The notes: generated from the sequence alone by a model not told the origin. A DNA stretch of 64,000 bases from an uncultured Bacteroidales bacterium (GCA_964448235.1 CAYUWD010000003.1:17664-81663), one strand, 5' to 3'; counted from the first letter of the stretch, positions 37,583 to 47,269 are shown. Program-made: numbers and translations.

Positions 37583-38299
37583 ATGTCACAAAAAAACAAA
37601 CTGTCAAAATTTGCAGAAAATAAAACATTTCCTCATTTCTTCGAACCTGAGTTACATTATTCAATGCATACTGATTATGAATTAAAATCAAAATGGAAAA
37701 GTGACTTTTTTAAAAACGATAATCCTATAATTCTCGAAATAGGATGTGGCAAAGGAGAATATGCCGTTGAACTTGCACAACAAAATTTAAACATTAATTA
37801 TATTGGAATAGATATTAAAGGAGCTAGAATGTGGCGTGGAGCTAAAGACTCTTTTACCATGAGTCTCAAAAACATAGCTTTTATTCGAACTCGTGTTGAG
37901 TTTACTCCATTGTGCTTTTCAAAAAACGAAGTTAATGAAATATGGATTACATTTCCAGACCCACAACTTGGTCCTAAAAAAAGAATTAAAAAACGTCTTA
38001 CTTCATCCCTATTTTTATCTAAATATCAAAACTTTCTTGTTAATAATGGCATTATACACCTTAAAACAGATGATAACACTCTTTATGAATATACAAAAGA
38101 AGTTCTTTTATTAAATAATATAGAAATCATAAAAGATATTTATGATCTATATAATTCTGATTTCTATACAGGAATTATGAAAGTAAAGACACATTATGAA
38201 AAAATATGGACAAAAAAAGAAAGGACTATAAAATATTTGAAATTTAGATTACCATCCAATTTAAAATTAATTGAACCTATTATTGAAAATGACGAATAG
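37583..38299 (+). CDS. trmB: tRNA (guanine-N7)-methyltransferase
   Basis: KLSKFAENKTFPHFFEP, ILEIGCGKGEY and WITFPDPQ motifs. Start chosen at the ATG at 37583, after the gldH stop at 37575. Confidence 0.9.
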   Translation: MSQKNKLSKFAENKTFPHFFEPELHYSMHTDYELKSKWKSDFFKNDNPIILEIGCGKGEYAVELAQQNLNINYIGIDIKGARMWRGAKDSFTMSLKNIAFIRTRVEFTPLCFSKNEVNEIWITFPDPQLGPKKRIKKRLTSSLFLSKYQNFLVNNGIIHLKTDDNTLYEYTKEVLLLNNIEIIKDIYDLYNSDFYTGIMKVKTHYEKIWTKKERTIKYLKFRLPSNLKLIEPIIENDE

Positions 38300-38618
38300 T
38301 AGTTTTTTTGAAAAAGTTTATGAGGTTGTAAGACAAATCCCTGTTGGCAAAGTTACATCTTATGGTGCAATTGCTAAAGCAATAGGAAGCCCTCAGGCAT
38401 CAAGAATGGTGGGTTGGGCTATGAATAATGCACACAATAAACAAGAATGGATACCTGCTCACCGAGTTGTAAATAAAAATGGATTACTTACCGGGAAACA
38501 TCACTTTGGCGGAACTAATACTATGCAGGAATTACTTGAAAGTGAAGGAATTATTGTTCATAATAACAAAATAGAAAATTTTCACAACGTATTCTGGAAA
38601 CCTATATTCATAAAGTAA
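38289..38618 (+). CDS. Alkyltransferase-like (ATL) / MGMT-family DNA-binding protein lacking the acceptor cysteine
   Basis: VPVGKVTSYGAIAKAIGSPQASRMVGWAM...IPAHRVV: the MGMT helix-turn-helix and P-C-H-R-V box, with Ala in place of Cys. About 109 aa, with no N-terminal Ogt domain. Overlaps trmB by 11 nt. Confidence 0.75.
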   Translation: MTNSSFFEKVYEVVRQIPVGKVTSYGAIAKAIGSPQASRMVGWAMNNAHNKQEWIPAHRVVNKNGLLTGKHHFGGTNTMQELLESEGIIVHNNKIENFHNVFWKPIFIK

Positions 38619-38709
38619 ATATTCTCAAATCTTTTTGAGTTATAGTTAATTCTTTTTGCAACAATAGATATCAAAGTTCGTAAAACCAAAAAGAACAATA
38701 ATTATCATA

Positions 38710-41226
38710 ATGACTTACAATAAAATTGATACAATAAAGAACTTTATTAAAATCTCCGACAATCCTATTATTGTTATTAATAAAAAGGATGATATTTTAT
38801 ATGCGAGCAATAAATTCCTTGAGATTCTAAACCTCAAACTTACTGATGTTTTAAACATTAAATACAAAAACATATTAAAATTCGACATTCTATATAATAC
38901 ATTTTATATTTCTCATAAAAACAATAGATTATACTTAACAGAATTATCTGTTGACGTAAACAATTTTCATCATAAAGTTTTTATTTTTTGCAAGCGTATA
39001 TCTGAAAACTTTCATAGTGATTTTATTCATAATTCAAACTCAAACATTTTGTTTGTCTATAACTTAAATCATCAAATAATAGATTATAATAATGTAGCAT
39101 ATAAATTCCTCAATCTAAAAAAAGAAAGCGTCATTAACAAAGAGTGCTTTAAGATATTTGGCAAAACAGAAATATGTCATGACTGTCCAATATCTCAAAG
39201 TTTAGTTACTGGTAAAATCACACAAAGCATTAAATATTTTTCGGAAATTGACAAATGGTTTGACATAATAGCATATCCTATTAAAAACGAAACGGGCAAC
39301 ACTACTCACATAATTGAACAACTAAAAGATATTTCAAAACAAAGACAAATTGAACAAAAGTTAATAGACAATCGATTAAAAATAAATCAACTAATTGAAA
39401 ATATACCTGGAATAGTTTATCAATGCAAGAATGACATAAATTGGACTATGCTTTTTATGTCCCATGAAACACAACGACTAACCGGGTATTGTCCCGAAGA
39501 CTTTATTCAAAATAAAAACCTTACATACGAAAAGATAATACATCCTAATGATAAAGTAAGAGTTCGAAATACAATAAAACAAAGTATTTTAAAGAATAAA
39601 AGCTTTATAGTTGAATATCGAATAGTCACAAAGCAAAAAGAGATTAAATATGTTTGGGAAAAAGGAAAATTAATAACATTAAATCAAGATACATGTATTG
39701 ATGGGATTATTCTAGACATCTCTGAAAGAAAAAAAATTGAAACAGAATTACGAGATAGTGAAGAAAAACATCGATTAATAATCGAAAACCAAAACGAACT
39801 TATTATTAAATTAGATAAATATGGAAGATTTATATATGCAAACAAAGCATATTGCAATTATTTTGCTAAAAAAGAAGATGAAATAATTTCAAATAGTTTT
39901 ATGCCAAACATACATGATGATGATAAAGAAAAGACCAACAAATCGATGATGCAATTAAAACAATATCCGCATTCATGTTATCTAGAACATAGAGCAATGA
40001 CCATAAATGGATGGAAATGGATAGCTTGGAGTAATAAAGCTGTTTTAAACAATAATAATGAAATAATGGAAATAATATGTGTAGGGAGAGATATTACAGA
40101 TAACAAAATAATGGAGTTCGAAATTATTAACGCTAAAGAAAATGCAGAAAGAAATAACTTTTTAAAAACAATTTTTCTAAATAATGTAATCCAAAAAATT
40201 CAAAATCCACTTACCAAGCTATCAAATATAATAAATAATTCAACCAATATTTCTTTTTCTGAAATATCCAAAAATGAAACAACAAATATTATTAATAATT
40301 TACTAAATTATATAAATAATTTATCTGAAATTGCAATCATTGAAGCAGGTAAATTAAAGACTAACTATGAAGCATTTGATTTATGCATACTCTTAGAGAA
40401 TATTTATAATAAATTTAAAAAAGCGAATGAATTATCTAATATCAATTTTTTTCTTAAAAAAAATATCCAAGAGCCATACATAATCAAAAATGATAAAACT
40501 AAAATCGCACAAATACTTACACATTTATTATCAAATGCTTTTAATTATACAAATAAAGGAAAAATAGAATTAGAATGTCAAACATTTGACAATTCTATTA
40601 TTTTCAAAATCAAAGATACTGGTATTGGAATCTCCAAGTATAAATTAGATGCTCTTTTTGATTTAAATGAAATATCTAAATTAAATGATAACGAAACATT
40701 TGGTTTTGGACTTCAAATTTCAAAAGCATATGTCAATTTATTAGGAGGAAATATGAATATTGATTCTCATAAAGACATAGGAACTTCAATAAAAATAGAA
40801 ATTCCTATTAAGCACAAATTAGATTCTAGTACAAACATCAATAATGCTATTCCAGATTTAAACTCACATCAAGTTTTAGTTGCTGAAGATGAAAAAATAA
40901 ATTTTCAACTAATAAAAACAATACTCACAAAAGCCGGCGCAACAGTTTTATGGGCTCAAACAGGTAAAGAGGCAATAGAAATAATAAAAAACAATAAAAA
41001 CATATCTTTGGTACTAATGGATATAAAAATGCCTAATCTCAGTGGAAGTGATGCATTAATTGAAATTCGTAAAATTAATAAAGATTTAAAAATAATTGCA
41101 TGTACTGCATTTTCACAATCTGATGATTCATGTAATTTTTCTATAAATAAATTTGATGAATTCCTTCCTAAACCAATAAAAAGAAAAGATTTATTTAAAA
41201 AAATAAATAAGCTACTATGCTTTTAA
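38710..41226 (+). CDS. Hybrid sensor histidine kinase / response regulator with multiple PAS domains
   Basis: PAS-like segments, a HATPase region (THLLSNAFNYTNKG...DTGIGIS...GFGLQISK), and a C-terminal receiver (VLVAEDEKINF...LMDIKMP). Confidence 0.85.
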   Translation: MTYNKIDTIKNFIKISDNPIIVINKKDDILYASNKFLEILNLKLTDVLNIKYKNILKFDILYNTFYISHKNNRLYLTELSVDVNNFHHKVFIFCKRISENFHSDFIHNSNSNILFVYNLNHQIIDYNNVAYKFLNLKKESVINKECFKIFGKTEICHDCPISQSLVTGKITQSIKYFSEIDKWFDIIAYPIKNETGNTTHIIEQLKDISKQRQIEQKLIDNRLKINQLIENIPGIVYQCKNDINWTMLFMSHETQRLTGYCPEDFIQNKNLTYEKIIHPNDKVRVRNTIKQSILKNKSFIVEYRIVTKQKEIKYVWEKGKLITLNQDTCIDGIILDISERKKIETELRDSEEKHRLIIENQNELIIKLDKYGRFIYANKAYCNYFAKKEDEIISNSFMPNIHDDDKEKTNKSMMQLKQYPHSCYLEHRAMTINGWKWIAWSNKAVLNNNNEIMEIICVGRDITDNKIMEFEIINAKENAERNNFLKTIFLNNVIQKIQNPLTKLSNIINNSTNISFSEISKNETTNIINNLLNYINNLSEIAIIEAGKLKTNYEAFDLCILLENIYNKFKKANELSNINFFLKKNIQEPYIIKNDKTKIAQILTHLLSNAFNYTNKGKIELECQTFDNSIIFKIKDTGIGISKYKLDALFDLNEISKLNDNETFGFGLQISKAYVNLLGGNMNIDSHKDIGTSIKIEIPIKHKLDSSTNINNAIPDLNSHQVLVAEDEKINFQLIKTILTKAGATVLWAQTGKEAIEIIKNNKNISLVLMDIKMPNLSGSDALIEIRKINKDLKIIACTAFSQSDDSCNFSINKFDEFLPKPIKRKDLFKKINKLLCF

Positions 41227-42087
41227 CGCATTTGCACCACTTGTTATTTCAAGTATTTCGTTTGTAATTGCAGCTTGTCTTGCCTTATTATACATTAAAG
41301 TAAGATCTTTAATTAATGATGTTGCATTATCTGTTGCCTGATGCATTGCTGTCATTCGTGCTCCATGCTCTGCAGCATTACTATCAAGTACCACTTTATA
41401 AAATTGTATTCGTAAAGCTTTAGGGATCATTTCCTCAACAATAGCTTGCATATCCGGTTCAAATATGTATTCCGATGGATTATCTCTTTCTTCTACATCA
41501 ATTTCCATTGGTAAAAAAGTCTCTGCTATTTGGTATTGTACTGCAGCATTCTTAAAGCTATTATATACTAATTCTATCTTATCAAATGTTCCTTTTTTAA
41601 ATTCAGACATAAGATACTTAGACAATTTAACCGTATTGGCAAATGTTAAATCATCGAATATTTGATTTCCCGTTTTCACGACACTATACCCTTGTTTTTT
41701 TACATAATCATTTGCTTTCTTTCCTACACAAAAGTAATGTATGTTTTCTTTTGATAAATGCGAATAATTCTGCTCTATTAAACTTTTAGTTTTCTTACAA
41801 ATATTTGCGTTAAATGCACCACATAAACCTCTGTTAGATGTCAATAAGACTATTAAAACATTCTCAACTGGTCTCTGAGTATTATATACTCCCTTATGAT
41901 TTTTATCTATGCTGGAACACACTTCAACCAAGACCTCTTTAAGTTTATTTGCATAAGGTCGAATTTGGACAATCCTATCTTGAGCTTTCTTTAATTTTGC
42001 CGCTGAAACCATTTTCATGGCAGATGTTATTTGTCGTGTCGACTTTACAGATGAAATTCTGCTTCGTATATCTTTAAGTCCTGCCAT
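41215..42087 (-). CDS. atpG: F0F1 ATP synthase subunit gamma
   Basis: MAGLKDIRSRISSVKSTRQITSAMKMVSAAKL...ITNEILEI; 290 aa. Confidence 0.95.
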   Translation of the reverse strand: MAGLKDIRSRISSVKSTRQITSAMKMVSAAKLKKAQDRIVQIRPYANKLKEVLVEVCSSIDKNHKGVYNTQRPVENVLIVLLTSNRGLCGAFNANICKKTKSLIEQNYSHLSKENIHYFCVGKKANDYVKKQGYSVVKTGNQIFDDLTFANTVKLSKYLMSEFKKGTFDKIELVYNSFKNAAVQYQIAETFLPMEIDVEERDNPSEYIFEPDMQAIVEEMIPKALRIQFYKVVLDSNAAEHGARMTAMHQATDNATSLIKDLTLMYNKARQAAITNEILEITSGANALKA

Positions 42088-42095
42088 TTAATCAA

Positions 42096-43676
42096 TTATT
42101 TTTTATACTTTTCTACAAATTGCATAGCAACTTCTTCAAGAACATTTGTAATATCATCACTCAATTCTCCTTTTGACAAACGAGTCATAATATCTTTATG
42201 ATTTAAATTCAAAAAGTTGACATATTCTATTTCAAAGTCCTTTACTTTTTCTATTGAAATACCTTTTAATAAGCCTTTAGTTCCGCAATAAATAATCGCA
42301 GCTTGATTTTCTACTAAAACAGGACTATGTTCTTTTTGCTTGAGTATTTCAACATTTTTTCGTCCTTTATCAATTACAGATAAAGTTACTGCATCAAGAT
42401 CAGAACCAAATTTGGCAAATGCTTCAAGTTCTCTAAATTGCGCTTGATCAATTTTAAGTGTTCCGGCAATTTTCTTCATACATTTAATTTGCGCATTACC
42501 TCCAACTCTCGAAACTGATACTCCTACATTTATTGCAGGACGTACTCCAGCATTAAACAATCCAGATTCAAGAAATATTTGACCATCAGTAATAGAAATA
42601 ACATTTGTTGGAATATAGGCAGAAATATCTCCTGCTTGAGTCTCAATAATTGGTAGTGCTGTTAAGGAACCTCCTCCTTTTACTTTATGCTTTAGACAAC
42701 TTGGCAAATCATTCATTTTTGAAGCAATTTCATCAGACTTAATTATTTTAGCTGATCTTTCTAAAAGTCTTGAGTGTAAGTAAAACACATCTCCCGGATA
42801 AGCCTCTCGTCCTGGAGGTCTTCTTAACAATAAAGACACTTCGCGGTATGATACCGCTTGTTTTGAAAGATCGTCATAAATAATTAGTGCAGGGCGTCCT
42901 GTATCTCTAAAATATTCTCCAATAGCACATCCTGCAAAAGGAGCATAAAATTGCATTGCTGCAGGATCAGATGCAGATGCAGTTACAATTACAGTATAAT
43001 CTAAAGCTCCATAATTTGCAAGAGTCTTTGCAATATTTGCAACTGTTGAACCTTTTTGTCCAATTGCAACATAGATACAATATACGGGTTCTCCTTGTTC
43101 GTAAAAATGTTTTTGATTTATAATTGTATCAATAGCAATCGCTGTTTTCCCTGTTTGTCTGTCTCCAATAATTAATTCTCTTTGACCTCTACCAATTGGA
43201 ATCATTGAATCAATTGCCTTAATCCCTGTTTGTAACGGCTCATTTACGGGTTGACGATAAATAACTCCTGGAGCTATTCTTTCTAGAGGCATTTCAAATA
43301 GTTCTCCTCCTATTGGTCCCTTACCATCTAAAGGATCCCCCATTGTATTCACAACACGTCCTAACATTTCTTCGCCAACCATAATTGAAGCGATTCTTTG
43401 CAATCGACGTACAACATCATCTTCTTTTATTTCTTCACCCGGCCCCAATAATACTGCCCCAACATTATCTTCTTCAAGATTTAAAACAATCCCTTTTGTG
43501 CCATTTTCAAATTCTATGAGTTCATTGGCTTGAACATTATCTAGACCATGTATTCTGGCAATACCATCTCCTACTTGGAGAACAGTTCCTACCTCTTCTA
43601 AATTTGTTTTCCCGGATAAACCTTCCAATTCTTGCTTTAAAATTTCTGATACTTCTGATGGTTTAATATCTGCCAT
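42096..43676 (-). CDS. atpA: F0F1 ATP synthase subunit alpha
   Basis: [19 protein letters not shown]-loop; 526 aa with alpha-type N- and C-termini. Confidence 0.97.
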   Translation of the reverse strand: MADIKPSEVSEILKQELEGLSGKTNLEEVGTVLQVGDGIARIHGLDNVQANELIEFENGTKGIVLNLEEDNVGAVLLGPGEEIKEDDVVRRLQRIASIMVGEEMLGRVVNTMGDPLDGKGPIGGELFEMPLERIAPGVIYRQPVNEPLQTGIKAIDSMIPIGRGQRELIIGDRQTGKTAIAIDTIINQKHFYEQGEPVYCIYVAIGQKGSTVANIAKTLANYGALDYTVIVTASASDPAAMQFYAPFAGCAIGEYFRDTGRPALIIYDDLSKQAVSYREVSLLLRRPPGREAYPGDVFYLHSRLLERSAKIIKSDEIASKMNDLPSCLKHKVKGGGSLTALPIIETQAGDISAYIPTNVISITDGQIFLESGLFNAGVRPAINVGVSVSRVGGNAQIKCMKKIAGTLKIDQAQFRELEAFAKFGSDLDAVTLSVIDKGRKNVEILKQKEHSPVLVENQAAIIYCGTKGLLKGISIEKVKDFEIEYVNFLNLNHKDIMTRLSKGELSDDITNVLEEVAMQFVEKYKK

Positions 43677-43695
43677 AGCTATACTCTATTATTTG

Positions 43696-44253
43696 TTATA
43701 TTAATTTTTGATACGATTTGCTTGCCAATTTCTTTTTAATCTCTTGTAATTGGGTTTTTACACTAAGATCAAGTTGTTCATTATCTATCCTGATAATTAT
43801 TCCCCCAATCATATCGCTCATTATCTTATTTTTAATTTCAACATTTGATTTATATGCATCTTTAACAATCTCACTTATTCTTGCTTCTGCTTTTGAAGTT
43901 ATATCCTGATGAGTTGTAACAATAACTTGTTTTATATTTTTTTCTTTCCTGTATTGTGTTTCAAAATTTCTTGCAATGTCCAAAATGTATGATTCTCTAT
44001 TTTTTTCAATTATAAAAAAAATAAATCTCATTGTAAGCTCATTTACAACTTTCTCAAATACGTTTCGTAAAACTTCTTTTTTATCTACTGAGGAAACAAC
44101 TGGACTTGAAATTATCTCAGTAAATTCAGGAACATTTTGTATACTTTCTCTTACTATATTAAAATCTAGATATAATTCTTCTAAAATATCTTTTTCCTTA
44201 GCTAATAAGAAAATAGCTTTAGCATATCTAACTGATATTTTATTTAAATTCAT
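43696..44253 (-). CDS. atpH: F0F1 ATP synthase subunit delta (OSCP)
   Basis: YAKAIFLLAKEK start, 185 aa, positioned between atpF and atpA. Confidence 0.85.
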   Translation of the reverse strand: MNLNKISVRYAKAIFLLAKEKDILEELYLDFNIVRESIQNVPEFTEIISSPVVSSVDKKEVLRNVFEKVVNELTMRFIFFIIEKNRESYILDIARNFETQYRKEKNIKQVIVTTHQDITSKAEARISEIVKDAYKSNVEIKNKIMSDMIGGIIIRIDNEQLDLSVKTQLQEIKKKLASKSYQKLI

Positions 44254-44255
44254 AA

Positions 44256-44750
44256 TTAGTTAAGTTTAACATCTTTTAACAAATTATCTACTAATCTTTT
44301 ATGATCATCTTCTGATTTAAGCTCTTTTCTAATAACTTTTTCTGCAACAACAATAGATAAATCCAATACTTGATTTCTAATTTCTTCCATTGCAGCCGAT
44401 TTTTGTGCTTCTATTTCAGAAGTAGCTAATTTCTTAATCTTTTCTACTTCTTTTTTTGCTTCACCTTTTGCCTGATCAATAATATCTTCTTTTATCCCTT
44501 TTGCTTCTTGAAGCATTTTATCTCTTTCTAATCTTGCTTCTGCTAACAAATTTTCGTTATCTGACTGCAATTTTTTCATCTCTTCACGAGCTAGCTCAGC
44601 AGAATTTAAAGCATTTTCAATACTTTGATTACGCTCTGTAATCATTTTATTGATTGGTTTCCATGCATATTTACCTAATATAAGTAATAATATAATGAAT
44701 ATTATACCTGTCCAAAATATTAATCCAATTCCCGGTGTTACAAGATCCAT
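44256..44750 (-). CDS. atpF: F0F1 ATP synthase subunit b
   Basis: One N-terminal TM helix, then a long charged coiled-coil (PINKMITERNQSIENAL...); 164 aa. Confidence 0.9.
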   Translation of the reverse strand: MDLVTPGIGLIFWTGIIFIILLLILGKYAWKPINKMITERNQSIENALNSAELAREEMKKLQSDNENLLAEARLERDKMLQEAKGIKEDIIDQAKGEAKKEVEKIKKLATSEIEAQKSAAMEEIRNQVLDLSIVVAEKVIRKELKSEDDHKRLVDNLLKDVKLN

Positions 44751-44770
44751 ATTATTTTTTTTTAATTGTT

Positions 44771-44810
44771 AAAAAAACATTTCCCGGAGCCAATCGCTCA
44801 TCGGGAAATG
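44771..44810 (-). terminator. Intra-operon hairpin plus T7 tract immediately after atpE (attenuator or mRNA-stabiliser candidate)
   Basis: catttcccg / cgggaaatg perfect 9-bp stem with a 15-nt loop. On the minus strand it is followed by ttttttt. It lies between atpE (ends 44820) and atpF (starts 44750). Confidence 0.55.
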
Positions 44811-44819
44811 TAAGTCCTT

Positions 44820-45029
44820 TTAAGCTGAAAGAGCCATTAGTGCAACAACTACTCCAAACAATGCAACACCTTCAACAAGTGCAGCAACAATAATCATTGC
44901 AGACTGAATGTTTTTTGCAGCCTCTGGTTGTCTTGCAATTGCATCCATTGCAGAGCTACCAATTTTTCCGATACCATAACTAGCACCAATTACTGCTAAT
45001 GCAGCGCCAATAGCTGGAATTCCTGTCAT
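44820..45029 (-). CDS. atpE: F0F1 ATP synthase subunit c
   Basis: Two-helix hairpin with ARQPE loop and the ion-binding VEG(V)ALF helix; 69 aa. An in-frame stop lies 7 codons upstream of the ATG, so the short N-terminus is real. Confidence 0.9.
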   Translation of the reverse strand: MTGIPAIGAALAVIGASYGIGKIGSSAMDAIARQPEAAKNIQSAMIIVAALVEGVALFGVVVALMALSA

Positions 45030-45069
45030 AATAATATATATTAAAAGTTAAACATAAAAAATTCTATCT

Positions 45070-46161
45070 CTAATGATGTTCTTCAACCGCCATACCAATA
45101 AACAAAGCCGAAAGCATCGTAAAAATATATGCTTGTAAAAATGCTACTAAAATTTCTAAACAATTCATAAATAGAACAAATATCATAGAAACTGGCGACA
45201 TAACAAATGACTCATAAATAAAAATCAAAGAAACAAGACTTAATATAATAATATGGCCTGCTGTTATATTTGCAAACAAACGAATAGTTAATGCAACTGG
45301 CTTAACAATCATACCCATCATTTCAACAATTGCCAAAATTGGTTTAACAAAAACCGGTACTCCTGGCATCCAAAATGTGTGTTTCCAATAATGTTTATTA
45401 CCATTAAAATTTATAGCAAAAAACGTAAATATTGCCAATGTCATTGTAACAGCAATATTTCCTGTGACATTTGCATTTCCAGGAAAAATAGGAATGATAC
45501 CCATTAAGTTATTAAACAATATAAAGAAAAATATTGTCAACAAAAAAGGTAAAAATTTCTCAGTCTTCTTGCCTAAATTTGGATATACTATTTCATCTTT
45601 TACATATAAAATAACCGGTTCAAAAAGAGCTTGTATACCTTTTGGTCTACCGGGATTTTTTTTATAAGATCTTGCAATACTAATAAATACAAGCAATAAA
45701 ATAAAAGCAACAATCATCATTGCTAAAACATTTTTTGTTATTGAGAAGTCTAATGGTTTATCATTTAAAACAACATGCTTACCGTCTTCTTCTTTCACAC
45801 TAATCTCTCCATACTCATCAGCAAGATAAATTTTGTTATGATGTAGAATGTATGTATTTTCTCCTTTCACTACCTTATTATTCTCATGCTCGAATTCAGA
45901 GGACATGAAAATATCCAAATTCCCGTTACAAAAAAGTATTACTGGCAATGGAATAGAGACGACAACTTTTTCATTATTCTTATTAGTATAATCTAAAATA
46001 TGCCATTCGTATGAATCTTTAATGTGATGCATTATCATTTCGCTAACATCAAACTTCTGCTCTTCTTCTGCCTGATCATTTGCTGATTCTGATGCAAAAA
46101 CAACATTACCAAAAATAAAACTAAAAGAAAACACTACCAATAAAACAAAACGCTTCAACAT
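45070..46161 (-). CDS. atpB: F0F1 ATP synthase subunit a (long Bacteroidetes-type form with N-terminal extension)
   Basis: C-terminal half carries LTIRLFANITAGHII and multiple TM helices; signal-like N-terminus. Confidence 0.9.
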   Translation of the reverse strand: MLKRFVLLVVFSFSFIFGNVVFASESANDQAEEEQKFDVSEMIMHHIKDSYEWHILDYTNKNNEKVVVSIPLPVILFCNGNLDIFMSSEFEHENNKVVKGENTYILHHNKIYLADEYGEISVKEEDGKHVVLNDKPLDFSITKNVLAMMIVAFILLLVFISIARSYKKNPGRPKGIQALFEPVILYVKDEIVYPNLGKKTEKFLPFLLTIFFFILFNNLMGIIPIFPGNANVTGNIAVTMTLAIFTFFAINFNGNKHYWKHTFWMPGVPVFVKPILAIVEMMGMIVKPVALTIRLFANITAGHIIILSLVSLIFIYESFVMSPVSMIFVLFMNCLEILVAFLQAYIFTMLSALFIGMAVEEHH

Positions 46162-46230
46162 AAATCACTGAATTAATGTGTCACTACAAATTTACATTTT
46201 CAAAATCAATTTCCAATAAAAAAATTGTTT

Positions 46231-46629
46231 TTATTTATTCTTACTTTTAAAATCACGCACAAGATAATAAACTTCAATTATCAAATAAATGAAATATGTC
46301 ATAAAAAACTGTAAAACATATTCTTTTCTAAAAGCATGAGAACCTTGCAATACAGGAAATAAAAATGCTATAGATAAAGCCATCTTTATCAAGCTACTAC
46401 TCATAAAAAGAAATCCAAATATTTGCCTTTTTGACTTTTTAATAATTATTTTTATTGCAACTACAGCCAAGATAGTGATTGACAACAAAAATGGATGTAT
46501 ATAAAAAATATTTGGCGTATATAATTGTCTATGAAAACATTTAAACAATAAATAATGAAAACAGAATATTATTATTCCAGAAAATACAAATTTTAATAAT
46601 AATTTAAGATCCTTACGATTTATTAACAT
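46231..46629 (-). CDS. Hypothetical small membrane protein in the atp operon leader region
   Basis: 132 aa with 3-4 hydrophobic helices. Overlaps the upstream AtpZ-like gene by 17 nt. Confidence 0.55.
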   Translation of the reverse strand: MLINRKDLKLLLKFVFSGIIIFCFHYLLFKCFHRQLYTPNIFYIHPFLLSITILAVVAIKIIIKKSKRQIFGFLFMSSSLIKMALSIAFLFPVLQGSHAFRKEYVLQFFMTYFIYLIIEVYYLVRDFKSKNK

Positions 46630-46855
46630 TATTTACTTGTTTAATCACAAGATATAAGGCTGCAAAAATTGAAAAAAGAGATAAAACTATTGTAAAAACA
46701 GGTGTGTTCAAATCCAAATAATCATCAAGCCATGCACCGCCAAAACTCCCACATGCAATAATAATCCCCATCTCGAATGCAATTGTAGAAAACCTCACAA
46801 ACTTATTAAATCCACCCTTAATTTCTTTGTTTCTATTGCTATTTTTTAACTCCAT
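46613..46855 (-). CDS. AtpZ/AtpI-family small membrane protein
   Basis: 80 aa with two TM helices (FEMGIIIACGSFGGAWLD...FTIVLSLFSIFAALYLVI), positioned upstream of atpB. Confidence 0.65.
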   Translation of the reverse strand: MELKNSNRNKEIKGGFNKFVRFSTIAFEMGIIIACGSFGGAWLDDYLDLNTPVFTIVLSLFSIFAALYLVIKQVNNVNKS

Positions 46856-47234
46856 TTTCCGGTTTTGTGTCTACCGGCTCTTGTGCCTTAATATTGCCTC
46901 CCATATTACAAGTACCTGTAAAAACTGCTCCAGGTTCTATCGACAATTTTGATGCAATAATATCTCCGGTAATCTTGGCTGTAGATTTTAAGATAAGTAA
47001 TTCTTCTACAGTAATTTTTCCTTCAATATTTCCTGATATCTCAGAATTTTTACAAAACACCTCTCCAATTAATTTTCCTGTGGCTCCAAGTACAAGTTTT
47101 GACTTAGAATTTAAATTCCCCTGTAATTTACCATCTACACGTATATCTCCATTTGAAACAACATCACCAGTAACAGATGTTCCATTACCAATAATATTTA
47201 AACTATTCATTTCTTCTTCGTAACTCCTTGCCAT
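46839..47234 (-). CDS. Bactofilin (polymer-forming cytoskeletal protein)
   Basis: Beta-helical repeat pattern: IIGNGTSVTGDVVSNGDIRVDGKLQGNL...GKLIGEV...ISGNIEGKI...ITGDIIASKLSIEPGAVFTG. Confidence 0.85.
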   Translation of the reverse strand: MARSYEEEMNSLNIIGNGTSVTGDVVSNGDIRVDGKLQGNLNSKSKLVLGATGKLIGEVFCKNSEISGNIEGKITVEELLILKSTAKITGDIIASKLSIEPGAVFTGTCNMGGNIKAQEPVDTKPENGVKK

Positions 47235-47261
47235 ATGTAATGATTTTAAATATTTTGTTTA

Positions 47262-47269
47262 CAAATATA
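47262..47269 (-). promoter_or_regulatory. Candidate -7 box (TATATTTG on the minus strand) for the bactofilin-atp operon
   Basis: Plus-strand caaatata, 28 nt upstream of the ATG at 47234. Confidence 0.35.

Noticed and set aside
44820-45050. A suspiciously short (69-aa) ATP synthase c subunit; considered a mis-called start or truncation.
   Set aside because: Reading upstream on the minus strand gives an in-frame TAA seven codons before the ATG. Both TM helices and the ARQPE loop are present, so the gene is intact.
46867-47223. 118-aa plus-strand ORF antisense to bactofilin. Similar antisense ORFs occur in hflX (52056..52631), tonB (53509..53844), atpH (43718..44263) and polA (14232..14447, 15486..15710, 15839..16030).
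   Set aside because: Each lies fully inside a confidently identified gene on the other strand, has a low-complexity or Ser/Ile/Phe-rich product, and has no independent start context.
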